The position numbers and the translations under genes are program-made. Under the pieces are notes generated by a model. That model searched no databases, had not been told where the DNA came from, and saw only the letters and a list, made by a program, of their open reading frames with translations. From contig CAVYGN010000001.1 in the NCBI GenBank assembly GCA_963768055.1, forward strand, positions 704,001 through 768,000: 64,000 nt of DNA. Direction: 5' to 3'. Each line of letters starts with the position of its first letter. The stretch's first letter is position 1. The DNA comes from an uncultured Spirochaetota bacterium (GTDB lineage: Bacteria; Spirochaetota; Brevinematia; Brevinematales; JAOACQ01). Shown here in pieces: positions 1 through 9,220 of this stretch.

Positions 1-81
1 AAGATTTGAAATAACAGTTTGCAAAGCTGTGAAATAAAGTAAAAATAATATCTTAGTTTGTTATATACTCTTTCAAGGTAA

Positions 82-112
82 TTTGATAAAAGTGCCGGGA
101 GGGGATAGAATA
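82..112 (+). promoter_or_regulatory. P module: sigma70-type promoter repeat
   Basis: TTGATA (83-88), 17 nt, TAGAAT (106-111); 31 nt identical to the copy at 5554-5584. Confidence 0.8.
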
Positions 113-140
113 TCTACAATAACTTTTTGGGGTTAATAAC

Positions 141-548
141 ATGCATTATGAGTTGTTAATAAAACTAGGGGGCATATTTCATTTAATTTGCGGACTGTTT
201 CACATTATTTTCCCAAAAATATTCAAATGGGAAGATAACTTGAATGATTTGCCCGAAACAAAAAGAAAAATAATTAAAGAAAGCTTATACCTTTCAAATA
301 TATGTATTCTACTGTTCTGGCTTATATTGGCCTATATCCCATTCTTTTATTCACAAGAAATGCTGACAACCAAAATTGGTAGAGCTCTTTTAACCTGCAT
401 TGTTATTAAATGGGTCATTCGCATATTTATTTTACATCCGATATTTTCGGGTATTAAAAGTAAATTATCAATATCAAGGATATTGTTCTTTTTAGCAGGA
501 TTTCTATTATTTTTAATACCCTGGATAAAAATATTCATTATAAAATAA
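141..548 (+). CDS. Small multi-pass membrane protein
   Basis: 135-aa hydrophobic ORF between a P and an R element. Confidence 0.75.
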   Translation: MHYELLIKLGGIFHLICGLFHIIFPKIFKWEDNLNDLPETKRKIIKESLYLSNICILLFWLILAYIPFFYSQEMLTTKIGRALLTCIVIKWVIRIFILHPIFSGIKSKLSISRILFFLAGFLLFLIPWIKIFIIK

Positions 549-553
549 GGAAT

Positions 554-592
554 GCTATTCCGTTCCCCCTGCTTTGCCGGCAATCAGGAGGG
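554..592 (+). repeat. R intergenic element
   Basis: gctattccgttccccctgctttgccggcaatcaggaggg, 5 nt after the stop. Confidence 0.75.
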
Positions 593-660
593 TTTCCATA
601 TCTAATAAGATGTTTCATTGCTGATTTTTCCCTCTTAAATCAATTTTTAGAGTAGTATGA

Positions 661-1578
661 TTATTTCGGAAACATCGATATAAGTGCGTCCTGGTACCCC
701 GGAACAGCGCTGTGATCATGATCGTATCCGTGAAGGATGTCCTGGGTCAGCTGAAAATTGGGGTAATTGCGGTTCCTTATCTGATTCACCCAAATGGGAT
801 CGTAGGCGATCATCCATTCGTTATCGCTGACCGAGGTGAATAGGGTGCAGTTCAAATCGCTGTTATTCTCCGCATAGGTTGCTTCCATATTCGATATACT
901 CGTGTCGTCCCACGGGAAGGCGGCCGGACTCAGAGACAGAAATTTGTGAAACATATCCCGGTGATTAAACATATTGTACAGCGAAAAAAGCCCTCCTAAG
1001 GAATGGCCGCCGAGACAGCGGTTGTCCGGGGTCGGGATCGTACGGTAATTGGAATCTATGTAGGGAATGAGCTTGTTTTTGATAAACGCCGCGAAGTTTT
1101 CCGCGCCCCCTGAGCCGGGGAAATTTCCGGTAGGATCGGCAGCCTGAATCAGATCGCGGCACCGGCTTGGGGACGTTCCCGTATAACCGTTTTGGTAAGC
1201 CTCGATCGGGCAAATTGCAACGAGGATGATCGGTTTCATGACCCCGGCCAACACTTGGGCATGGATCCAGCTTCGCACCGGATCAAAATGCCAGTTGGCG
1301 TCCGTAATATAGAGGGTCGTATAGGAAGTGCCCGTATCGGTTGCATAACCGTCGGGTAGATCGATAAAAACATAGTAGTAATCCTGAACGACATCCGAAT
1401 ACATGGTGATCGGATTCGAAACAGAACTTGACGATGATGAACTGTTAGAACTCGATGATGACGTTGATACAGAATTTACAGAGGATGAGGATGAACCGGA
1501 AGAATTAACCAGATTACATCCGGCTAAAATAGAATAAACAACCGTCATAAATATAACCAATCTGATTGAATGTGACAT
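661..1578 (-). CDS. Alpha/beta-hydrolase (IroE-like esterase) lipoprotein with Ser-rich linker
   Basis: LAGC lipobox, poly-Ser linker, GHSLGG nucleophile elbow, GGAENF motif; start uncertain. Confidence 0.8.
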   Translation of the reverse strand: MSHSIRLVIFMTVVYSILAGCNLVNSSGSSSSSVNSVSTSSSSSNSSSSSSSVSNPITMYSDVVQDYYYVFIDLPDGYATDTGTSYTTLYITDANWHFDPVRSWIHAQVLAGVMKPIILVAICPIEAYQNGYTGTSPSRCRDLIQAADPTGNFPGSGGAENFAAFIKNKLIPYIDSNYRTIPTPDNRCLGGHSLGGLFSLYNMFNHRDMFHKFLSLSPAAFPWDDTSISNMEATYAENNSDLNCTLFTSVSDNEWMIAYDPIWVNQIRNRNYPNFQLTQDILHGYDHDHSAVPGYQDALISMFPK

Positions 1579-1729
1579 ACTTTTATAATCCCCAAAAATA
1601 TCCTTGAGCACCCTATTATGTCAGAAATTCTTACTATCGGCACTGCCGTCCGGCAGGTTTAGTGACCCAGGGTCGGCGTTTTTAGTGACCCGCCCCCCTG
1701 TCTACCTTCAGTATAGCCTTTTCAGATTT

Positions 1730-2491
1730 TCAGGTCAAAGATTTTAACTTATTTTTCTTGATGAAATTATTCAACCTGAAACTTTTACCATCAATAACTA
1801 TTTTAACCGAACCGTCTATCAAGCGGTCCATAATCGCACTTCCAATTAAGGGATTAGAAAAAACCGCAGACCATTCAGATATATCTCGGTTGCTCGTAAT
1901 AATGGTCGAGGCTTTGGTATACCGTCCATTAATAACTTCATATAGATCATCCTGCTGCTGCTGATTTAAATCCTGAAGCCCAAAGTCATCAAGAATGAGA
2001 AGTTCGATTTTGAAGATGTTTTTCAGCTTTAAATTATAACTTCCATTGCCTCTTGCGGCGTTCAAGGAGCGCAGGAGCAAAACAGTGTTCTTAAACACTA
2101 CCTCATGGCCTCTCCGGATAGCCTCATGTCCGATCGATTGAGCCAGGTGCGACTTTCCGACCCCGGAATGGCCTAAAAAAAAGATGTTTTCTTTGTTTTT
2201 AAGGAAATAACAGGTTGCCAGTTCCTTTATAACAGCTTCATTAATCTGAGGATTAAAACTAAAGTTGAAACTTTCCAGTGTTTTGTCATATTCAAGACCG
2301 CTCTTTTTTAACCTGATTTTCATAGCTCGCTGTTCCCTTCTTTCTGATTCTTCAAGCAGTAGACCGAGCAGGAAATCAGTATATGATGTCTTTTCATTCT
2401 GGGCCTTCTGGATATGATAATCAAGATTTTCCAATACCCCCGAGAGTTTCAAATGTTTAAGCCGGGGTATTAATTGTGCCCTGTCGTCCAT
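1730..2491 (-). CDS. istB: IS21 helper ATPase IstB
   Basis: Walker A GHSGVGKS, Walker B LLILDDFG, TSN and DRL motifs. Confidence 0.95.
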   Translation of the reverse strand: MDDRAQLIPRLKHLKLSGVLENLDYHIQKAQNEKTSYTDFLLGLLLEESERREQRAMKIRLKKSGLEYDKTLESFNFSFNPQINEAVIKELATCYFLKNKENIFFLGHSGVGKSHLAQSIGHEAIRRGHEVVFKNTVLLLRSLNAARGNGSYNLKLKNIFKIELLILDDFGLQDLNQQQQDDLYEVINGRYTKASTIITSNRDISEWSAVFSNPLIGSAIMDRLIDGSVKIVIDGKSFRLNNFIKKNKLKSLT

Positions 2492-2506
2492 AATATTTTC
2501 CTCCTC

Positions 2507-4057
2507 CTATAATTTGAAGTAACTGCTATCCCTGGCATACTTGAACGGTAGGTAAGTTTTAGGTGGATGATTCTCGTCATAAGGCTCTTTCAGATCAAGC
2601 TCTTTAACCAGGATGCTCTTTACACTTGTATAGTTCGGAGTATCATAGAAAATTGCCCTCCTGCAGGCCGCTTCTAAGCGCTCTTTCGGATATTTCTTAG
2701 AAAGGAACAAAATACCTCTCGCAGAACGGAACCCGTCTATCTGTCTATTTGAAAGTATCCTTTCAACAACTTCCAGTGTCGTTTTTCCTATGTTTCCAGC
2801 CCAGGTAAGCAGGGATTGTGATGTTTCTGCCATATATTCTTCTTTGTAGGGCGGCGCGTGAAGGGGATTATGTGTATATTTCCATTTTATTCCGGATTTC
2901 TCATGAAGCGCTATCAATTCGTACCCGGAATATACTTTTACAGACTTTGAATCTGCGCAGACCATTACTTCCTGGCCGATATACTTGTAAGGGACGCTAT
3001 AGTATGAGCTGTCGTACTGAATCAGCCATTCGGGCCTTACAACGCAGGTTTTCCAGTTTATCATATCCCAATCTGTTAAAGGGAGCTTTGAGAGGGTCTT
3101 TGATTCTTCAATAAACATTTCGCAGGGGGATCTTCCTACGCCATGAATAATTCTGATATCTGCCGTGTCTTCATCCCATTTTTTAAGCGACTCTTCAAGA
3201 TCAATTGATATGGGTATTTTGTGGCCTTTCTGTTCCTGTTTCTCGATGAAATACGGCCAGAAGTTTCTTTTAATATATTTGATATCATTCTCTACGCCGC
3301 CCTTGTGTTCCGGTTTCCCGGGAAGACATGGACTGATCATGAAATCGTAATACTTGGCCATTTCAAGAAAACTTCGATTAAAGATAGGGTCATAAAATGC
3401 GGCTTTTACAACGGCCGATTTCAGGTTGTCCGGCACGATCTTCTTCGGTATTCCTCCAAAGTGATGAAAAGAATGTATGATGCATAGAAAAAATGTCTCT
3501 TTTTTCTGGTTATAGACCACCTCGCGATATGCCTTACGGCTCTTTCTAAGCCTGCCGGAGAATACCCAGGCTTTTCTGTTCCTGCATTCCAGCGGATCAT
3601 AGACTATGCCGAGATATCCGAAATCCACTTCCATAACCCCGTCTTCAAGGGGTCTGATCATCACGCTTGGTTTCAAAGCAGGAAATTTTCTCTGTATATA
3701 CCGCCGGACGGTTGTTTCGGATATATTTGCACAATCAGAAAATTCACTGATCAGCTTGTGAATAACCACATAACTTTTTTCATCTTCCCTGTATTTTTTT
3801 AGTTTCTCAATATGATTATCCAGGATGTGAGGTTTTCCTTTGATATTTTCCGGCTCATTATATGCCAGGTCCATTTCTTTTTCTGTGGGCACGTCTGATG
3901 ACGATGAAAGCCATTCCTTTTTATCGCCTATATCCTTTATTTTTCTTATGACTTCCCGGTGTGTCCCGGTTTCTTTGTGGATATTTCTGATAGATTCGCC
4001 TTTCTTTAGCCGGGTCAATATTTCGATGAGTTGTGCCATGGTTTTTACCCTCGCCAT
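2507..4057 (-). CDS. istA: IS21 DDE transposase IstA
   Basis: N-terminal HTH, MEVDFG, VPDNLKSAV, KGGVE. Confidence 0.95.
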   Translation of the reverse strand: MARVKTMAQLIEILTRLKKGESIRNIHKETGTHREVIRKIKDIGDKKEWLSSSSDVPTEKEMDLAYNEPENIKGKPHILDNHIEKLKKYREDEKSYVVIHKLISEFSDCANISETTVRRYIQRKFPALKPSVMIRPLEDGVMEVDFGYLGIVYDPLECRNRKAWVFSGRLRKSRKAYREVVYNQKKETFFLCIIHSFHHFGGIPKKIVPDNLKSAVVKAAFYDPIFNRSFLEMAKYYDFMISPCLPGKPEHKGGVENDIKYIKRNFWPYFIEKQEQKGHKIPISIDLEESLKKWDEDTADIRIIHGVGRSPCEMFIEESKTLSKLPLTDWDMINWKTCVVRPEWLIQYDSSYYSVPYKYIGQEVMVCADSKSVKVYSGYELIALHEKSGIKWKYTHNPLHAPPYKEEYMAETSQSLLTWAGNIGKTTLEVVERILSNRQIDGFRSARGILFLSKKYPKERLEAACRRAIFYDTPNYTSVKSILVKELDLKEPYDENHPPKTYLPFKYARDSSYFKL

Positions 4058-4508
4058 TCATTCCCCTCCTGTGTGATTTCAAAAATTATATCACATCAGG
4101 TGGGTCACTAAATACGCCGGGGGGTGGGTCACTTAAAGTGCCGATAGGTGGGTCGTTATTTTTGCCGACCCTGGGTCACTTGGGGTGCCGGATTGCACTT
4201 ACCGTTCTATAGAATTAGAAAGCTAAACATTTTAGCGCGAGCCTCATATATTTCAAATTTTAATTTTTACTGTTAATAATACCAAATATTAATAATTAAT
4301 ATGAAATAAAAATAAATAATATTTTTATATTTTAAATCATTGCTGTCTAAATTAGGAAAAATTTAAAAGCAGTTCATTATCAGCAGGTTTAGAACTTTTA
4401 CTATGAAACGGGGAATTCAGCCAATCCCACAAGTTTCTACGGGCAAAAACGCCATTCCACAAGTTTCAAACATTGTTCAAATTTAGACAAAGTAATTTCT
4501 AACCTTTT

Positions 4509-4563
4509 GTGCCTGCATTCTCCAGCATTTGGGAGGCATTGAATTGATGGGGGGATGAGAAAA
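4509..4563 (+). repeat. Degenerate R-linker-P element
   Basis: gtgcctgc..tccagcatt..attgaattgat..ggggatgagaa resembles the full element with deletions. Confidence 0.5.
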
Positions 4564-4565
4564 TT

Positions 4566-4607
4566 AGCAAAACAAATGTTGAGTAATTCATTCCAGAATG
4601 GCATAAT
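4566..4607 (+). promoter_or_regulatory. Second promoter module (P2)
   Basis: TTGAGT-N17-CATAAT; 36/42 nt identical to 21860-21901. Confidence 0.65.
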
Positions 4608-4631
4608 ATTGCAAAATATGAGGGTATTTAA

Positions 4632-5111
4632 ATGAACAAAGGTTTAAGCAATCTCATTTTATCACTAAAAAATTCGCCTTATATCATTCAAGATTTTCTG
4701 GTTCAAATTCCAAATGACAAACTTGATATTATAAGGAATAAGGATGCCTGGTCTATTAGACAGCATCTTTATCATATGGCTGGCGGTCAGGAGATGCTTT
4801 ATGAACGGATATTATCAATCAAAAATGATACAAATCCAAAAATAATGCCATATATCCCTACTAAAGAAGCTGAAGAAAAAAGGAAATTCAATTCCATAGA
4901 AGATGCTATCTCAAAATACATTGAGATTAGGGAAAAACAAATTTCTATTATTGAATCATTGTCTTCCGAAGAATTATTAAAAAAAGCCGAACATCTTGAG
5001 TATAAAAGATACAATATAATAATTTTGTTGAATCACATATTATTTCATGATTATTGGCATATGTATAGGATAGAAGAAATATTGCTTCTGAGAGATGAGT
5101 ATTTTATTTAA
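4632..5111 (+). CDS. DinB/YfiT family protein
   Basis: WSIRQHLYH and HDYWH His motifs. Confidence 0.85.
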   Translation: MNKGLSNLILSLKNSPYIIQDFLVQIPNDKLDIIRNKDAWSIRQHLYHMAGGQEMLYERILSIKNDTNPKIMPYIPTKEAEEKRKFNSIEDAISKYIEIREKQISIIESLSSEELLKKAEHLEYKRYNIIILLNHILFHDYWHMYRIEEILLLRDEYFI

Positions 5112-5112
5112 A

Positions 5113-5160
5113 GGTTTTCCACTCCTCCTGCTTTGCCTGCTGTGAGGGAATGGGGCAGGG
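5113..5160 (+). repeat. R intergenic element (hairpin form)
   Basis: ttttccactcctcctgctttgcctgctgtgagggaatgggg, directly after the stop. Confidence 0.8.
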
Positions 5161-5189
5161 TTGATGGGTGTAATTGATTAAGAGGTAAT

Positions 5190-5510
5190 ATGAAATATAC
5201 TTTTTTATCTTTAGCTATTTTATTTAATATAACAGCATATATAATTTTTAAATCTATATCTGGAAAGCAAAACAATCTACTGTGGTACATAATATTTTGT
5301 TCGGGTTTGATTATTGCGGGTATTAACACATTCTTTTTTACAAAGTCTTTAAAAGATTTAAACTTGGGAATTGCTTACCCAATATTTTCAGGTATAAGTA
5401 TTGCACTTATAATTTTTGTTTCAGTTTTTGTATTTAATGAAAAAATGAATTTGATCAATATATTTGGTGCTCTCATAATTATCATTGGGATTGTTTTATT
5501 AACAAGGTGA
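5190..5510 (+). CDS. SMR/DMT family transporter
   Basis: 106 aa, four hydrophobic segments, LGIAYPIFSG motif. Confidence 0.85.
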   Translation: MKYTFLSLAILFNITAYIIFKSISGKQNNLLWYIIFCSGLIIAGINTFFFTKSLKDLNLGIAYPIFSGISIALIIFVSVFVFNEKMNLINIFGALIIIIGIVLLTR

Positions 5511-5516
5511 ATTTTT

Positions 5517-5584
5517 CGCTTCCATTCCCTGTGTGCCTGCCTTCTTAGTCTGGTTTGATAAAAGTGCCGGGAGGGGATAGAATA
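5517..5584 (+). repeat. R + P composite element
   Basis: cgcttccattccctgtgtgcctgccttcttagtctgg, then TTGATA (5555)-N17-TAGAAT (5578). Confidence 0.8.
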
Positions 5585-5614
5585 AGGGAAAAATTGTTTA
5601 TTGGGGTTTTATAG

Positions 5615-6379
5615 ATGGAATTAATACAATTGAATCTTAGCGTAACCAATTGCTTTTTAATCAAGACAAAGAAACAATATGTTTTATTTGATACTGGCTA
5701 TGAGGAAGATTGGGAACTATTTTGTAAAAGATTAAAAGAAGTTAATGTAGATATCTCTGAAATCAGCCATATTATTCTTACCCATCATCACGATGACCAT
5801 TGTGGATTGGTGCATAAAATATTAGAAAAAAATAGTGATATCAAGATTGTGATGCATAATCTTGCGAAAGAGCTTATATCATCAGGTATGAATGATCAAA
5901 CTCATGGAGGAGGATTGATAAATAAACGGATGAATTTTTTAATCGGATTTAAACAATTTTATATTTCTGTTATATTGAGAAAGAATATTGATAAAAATAA
6001 TAATTTAAAATTTCCTCCTTATAAGGTTAGAGATAATGATATTATTGTTCAAAACGAAGTGACTTTAAAAGAAATCGGTATTGAATTGGAAGGGAGGATT
6101 ATTGAAACACCAGGGCATACAATAGATTCTATATCTCTTTTATTTGATGATGGTGATTGCATTGTAGGAGATGCTGCCGCAAACTTTTTTCAATTTGCTG
6201 GAATAAAGTATTGTGTTGTTTTTGTTAATGATTTAGATATTTATTACAAAAGCTGGGAAAAACTTATTTCAATGAATGCTCTAAAAATATATCCTGCTCA
6301 TGGAAAACCGTTTGGCATTGAAAAGTTAAAGGAAAATATAGGGAAGAATAAAAAAAAGCATATGGTAATGAATTCATAG
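5615..6379 (+). CDS. MBL-fold metallo-hydrolase
   Basis: THHHDDHCG, TPGHT, GDA, YPAHG. Confidence 0.9.
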   Translation: MELIQLNLSVTNCFLIKTKKQYVLFDTGYEEDWELFCKRLKEVNVDISEISHIILTHHHDDHCGLVHKILEKNSDIKIVMHNLAKELISSGMNDQTHGGGLINKRMNFLIGFKQFYISVILRKNIDKNNNLKFPPYKVRDNDIIVQNEVTLKEIGIELEGRIIETPGHTIDSISLLFDDGDCIVGDAAANFFQFAGIKYCVVFVNDLDIYYKSWEKLISMNALKIYPAHGKPFGIEKLKENIGKNKKKHMVMNS

Positions 6380-6399
6380 CTGTAGTTTCAAATAAACAA

Positions 6400-6488
6400 G
6401 CTCTTCCTCTCTCCTTTGCATCCCTCATTGTCCAGCTTTGTCATTCTCCACAGAAATTTTGATAAAACTAAAGAACGGGATTAAAATA
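6400..6488 (+). repeat. R-linker-P composite element
   Basis: gctcttcctctctcctttgc..tccagctttg..TTGATA (6459)-N17-TAAAAT (6482). Confidence 0.75.
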
Positions 6489-6521
6489 TTGAATATCATT
6501 CCTTTTAAAACAGAGTCAAAT

Positions 6522-6872
6522 ATGGAACCAAGATTATCTTTTAAAGTAAGGACAGAATATCGGGAATGGCTTATAAAAAATAGTAATAAAATAGAAATAA
6601 TATGGATAGAGTTTTATAAAGACGGAACTAAGGGCATTTCTTATGACGAAGCGCTGGAAGAATCATTATGTTTTGGCTGGATTGATTCACTGATAAATAA
6701 AGTAGATGAAAGAATTTATATAAGGAAATATTCAATAAGAAAGAAGAACAGCAAATGGTCTGATAGGAATAAAGAATTAGCGGATGAGTTGATTAAAAGA
6801 GGATTAATGACTGAATACGGTTTAAAATCCATAGCGGAAGCTAAGAAGAACGGCCAATGGAATGAGAAATAA
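6522..6872 (+). CDS. YdeI/OmpD-associated family protein (N-terminal part)
   Basis: YDEALEESLCFGWIDS and SKWS..NK motifs; ATG placed downstream of P. Confidence 0.8.
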   Translation: MEPRLSFKVRTEYREWLIKNSNKIEIIWIEFYKDGTKGISYDEALEESLCFGWIDSLINKVDERIYIRKYSIRKKNSKWSDRNKELADELIKRGLMTEYGLKSIAEAKKNGQWNEK

Positions 6873-6890
6873 TAAAGAAACTCATTTGAC

Positions 6891-6930
6891 CCTTTCCACC
6901 CCTTCTGCTTTACCTGCTGAGGGATGGAGG
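6891..6930 (+). repeat. R intergenic element (hairpin form)
   Basis: cctttccaccccttctgctttacctgctgagggatggagg. Confidence 0.75.
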
Positions 6931-6971
6931 ATTATATAGGGGAAGAATTGGAAAGGTAAAAAAGGGTATTT

Positions 6972-7307
6972 ATGAAAGAAGGACAAAGAGTAAAATTATC
7001 TGGTGGATATGACATGGATCCAAAATATCTTTCTGGGAAAGATTATCTCACAGGATATTTCATAAAATTTATTCCTGGACAAAACGGAAAAAAAGCAGCT
7101 GTAATTAAACTTGATGAACCTATTTTAATAGAAAATTATATAGGAGAAATTTGTGTTTTGGAATTAAGATATGTTGGTTCTCAATGGGGTAAAGAAAATA
7201 TATGTCATATAGAATTATGTAATTTTATCCCTGATGATATTAAATGGAATGATAGAAAACAAGGGAAATGGATTGAATCAAATTGTAGTGTTGAATTTAT
7301 TAAATAA
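6972..7307 (+). CDS. Hypothetical protein
   Basis: 111-aa ORF with purine-rich RBS, bounded by R elements. Confidence 0.7.
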   Translation: MKEGQRVKLSGGYDMDPKYLSGKDYLTGYFIKFIPGQNGKKAAVIKLDEPILIENYIGEICVLELRYVGSQWGKENICHIELCNFIPDDIKWNDRKQGKWIESNCSVEFIK

Positions 7308-7371
7308 TTCTTACCCTTTTGCTTTGCCTGCCTTCTTAGGTTTGATAAAAGTGCCAGGAGAGGATAGAATA
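7306..7371 (+). repeat. R + P composite element
   Basis: attcttacccttttgctttgcctgccttcttagg, then TTGATA (7342)-N17-TAGAAT (7365). Confidence 0.8.
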
Positions 7372-7399
7372 TATCCAAATAATTTTGGAGGATAATACA

Positions 7400-8152
7400 A
7401 TGGCTGAGCTGGGAATTAAGGGTAAATTTGCTTTGATTACAGGTAGTGCTCGTGGTATTGGGCGTTGCATCGCTGAAAAATTAGCAGAGGAAGGAAGTTC
7501 TTTAATTATCACTGATATTAATGAAGAAATGGCCAGAAAGACTGCCGATGAAATATCCAAAAAATATAAAGTTGAAACATATGCTTTAAAACATGATGTT
7601 TCATCTGAAGAATCGACAAAAAAAGTTGTTGATAATATAGTAATGAAATATTCAAGGGTAGATATTCTTATCAATAATGCAGGAATTACCAAGGATGCAA
7701 GGCTTATGATGATGCCGAAATCTTCCTGGGATCTGGTTATCTCTATTAATTTAACAGGTGCTTTTCTTTGCACTAAATATATATCAAAGCAAATGCTGAA
7801 GCAGAATAGTGGGAGCATTGTTAATATTGCATCTGTTGTTGGAATTATGGGAAATGTCGGTCAGGCAAATTATTCTGCATCAAAGGCAGGACTCATCGGC
7901 TTAACAAAAACAACAGCCAAAGAATTGTCTACAAGAGGAATTACTGTAAATGCAATTGCACCAGGTTATATTCATTCAGATATGACCGAAGTTTTATCAG
8001 AAGAAGTTTCTCAAAAAATGATGGAAAGAATACCATTGAACAAATATGGAACTCCTGAAGAAGTAGCTGATGCAGTATTGTTTTTAGTCTCAAACAGGGC
8101 AAAATATATAACCGGTCAAGTTTTGAATGTTGATGGCGGGATGATAATGTAA
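7400..8152 (+). CDS. fabG: 3-oxoacyl-ACP reductase (SDR)
   Basis: TGSARGIG, NNAGITKD, YSASKAG, ITGQVLNVDGG; GGAGG RBS. Confidence 0.85.
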   Translation: MAELGIKGKFALITGSARGIGRCIAEKLAEEGSSLIITDINEEMARKTADEISKKYKVETYALKHDVSSEESTKKVVDNIVMKYSRVDILINNAGITKDARLMMMPKSSWDLVISINLTGAFLCTKYISKQMLKQNSGSIVNIASVVGIMGNVGQANYSASKAGLIGLTKTTAKELSTRGITVNAIAPGYIHSDMTEVLSEEVSQKMMERIPLNKYGTPEEVADAVLFLVSNRAKYITGQVLNVDGGMIM

Positions 8153-8195
8153 ATATTCAGGGGTGAAATTTAAAAGGCCAGTTGAGGAGGCAAAT

Positions 8196-8567
8196 ATGGA
8201 CCCGGTATTTCGTTTTGAATTGCCAGCAAATGATATGAAAAGGGCCAAATCTTTTTATGAAAAAGTTTTCGGATGGGTTATTGATTCCGGATATGACAGA
8301 TATTATTGGGCCCAAACCACAACATCTGATGATAAAAGGAAATCCCAAAATCTTGGTGAAATCAATGGCGCAATTCAATTCAAAGATGAAACGATTACTT
8401 CGATAAGAATCGCAATTAATGTATCAAATCTTGATGAAACTTTAAAAAAAATCCTGGCCGAAGGTGGCAGGATTTTTATTCCGAAAAAGAAAATTCCAGG
8501 AAGTTATTATTCTGTGATATATGATACAGAGGGTAATGAAATATTGTTAGTTGAGAAGATTATTTAA
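8196..8567 (+). CDS. VOC/glyoxalase family protein
   Basis: FELPANDMKRAKSFYEKVFGW, DTEGN. Confidence 0.85.
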   Translation: MDPVFRFELPANDMKRAKSFYEKVFGWVIDSGYDRYYWAQTTTSDDKRKSQNLGEINGAIQFKDETITSIRIAINVSNLDETLKKILAEGGRIFIPKKKIPGSYYSVIYDTEGNEILLVEKII

Positions 8568-8573
8568 GATATT

Positions 8574-8601
8574 GTGCTTCCACCCCTCTGCTTTGTCTGC
8601 C
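8574..8601 (+). repeat. R intergenic element
   Basis: gtgcttccacccctctgctttgtctgcc, 6 nt after the stop. Confidence 0.75.
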
Positions 8602-8633
8602 TATCAAGAATTGTGATGAGGAGAGATTGGTGT

Positions 8634-9092
8634 ATGATTATAAGAAGGTATGATTTAAAAGATGTAAATGAAGTCTTAGACCTCCATATAGTTGCAATGA
8701 AAAATATTGGCGCTTATAAGGGTGAAGGACCTTGGGATGATGATTTGAAAAATATCGAAGATACATACATAAACAATAAGGGTGAATTTTTAGTAGGTGT
8801 TTTAAATGGTAAAATCATAGCGATGGGAGCATTTAAGAAAATTGATAATGCTACGGCTGAAATAAAAAGAATGAGAGTATATCCTGAATACCAGGGAAAT
8901 GGTTATGGAAAAATGATACTTAATAAACTTTATAAAATTGCTATTAATAATAATTATAAATATTTTATTTTGGAAACATCCACAATTCAATTATATGCTC
9001 AAAAATTATATGAAAATTTTGGTTTTAAAGAATTTAAAAGAGAAAAAATAGATGGTTTTGACTGTATTTGGTACAAAATGGCATTAACTTGA
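8634..9092 (+). CDS. GNAT acetyltransferase
   Basis: AEIKRMRVYPEYQGNGYG, AQKLYENFGF. Confidence 0.9.
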   Translation: MIIRRYDLKDVNEVLDLHIVAMKNIGAYKGEGPWDDDLKNIEDTYINNKGEFLVGVLNGKIIAMGAFKKIDNATAEIKRMRVYPEYQGNGYGKMILNKLYKIAINNNYKYFILETSTIQLYAQKLYENFGFKEFKREKIDGFDCIWYKMALT

Positions 9093-9110
9093 TTCTCGCC
9101 ATCACGCAAC

Positions 9111-9188
9111 ATTCCATTCCAATGCCTGCCTGCCTTTTTCAGCTTTTGCCATTCTCCGTTGAAATTTTGATAAAAGCGCCAGGAGGGG
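9111..9188 (+). repeat. R-linker-P element, left part (split by IS3)
   Basis: attccattcc..gcctgcc..cagcttttgcc..TTGATA (9167)aaagcgccaggagggg; the -10 TAGAAT is found after the IS at 10790. Confidence 0.8.
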
Positions 9189-9220
9189 CGGTTTTTGTCA
9201 AGGGAGTTGTCGCTTTTATT

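Larger units (their letters stand above)
1635..4197 (-). mobile_element. IS21-family insertion sequence
   Basis: istA/istB pair; IR tgccgtccggca..gtgacccagggtcggc from 1644 matches the reverse complement of the end at 4197; internal repeats; cttac direct repeat at 1630-1634 and 4198-4202. Confidence 0.9.

Noticed and set aside
1430..1505. gatga-type low-complexity repeat
   Set aside because: Explained by the poly-Ser linker of the lipoprotein.
6438..6521. Long N-terminal extensions in the ORF track (also at 8574, 22525, 30337, 30757)
   Set aside because: They run through R/P elements; downstream ATGs are the more plausible starts.
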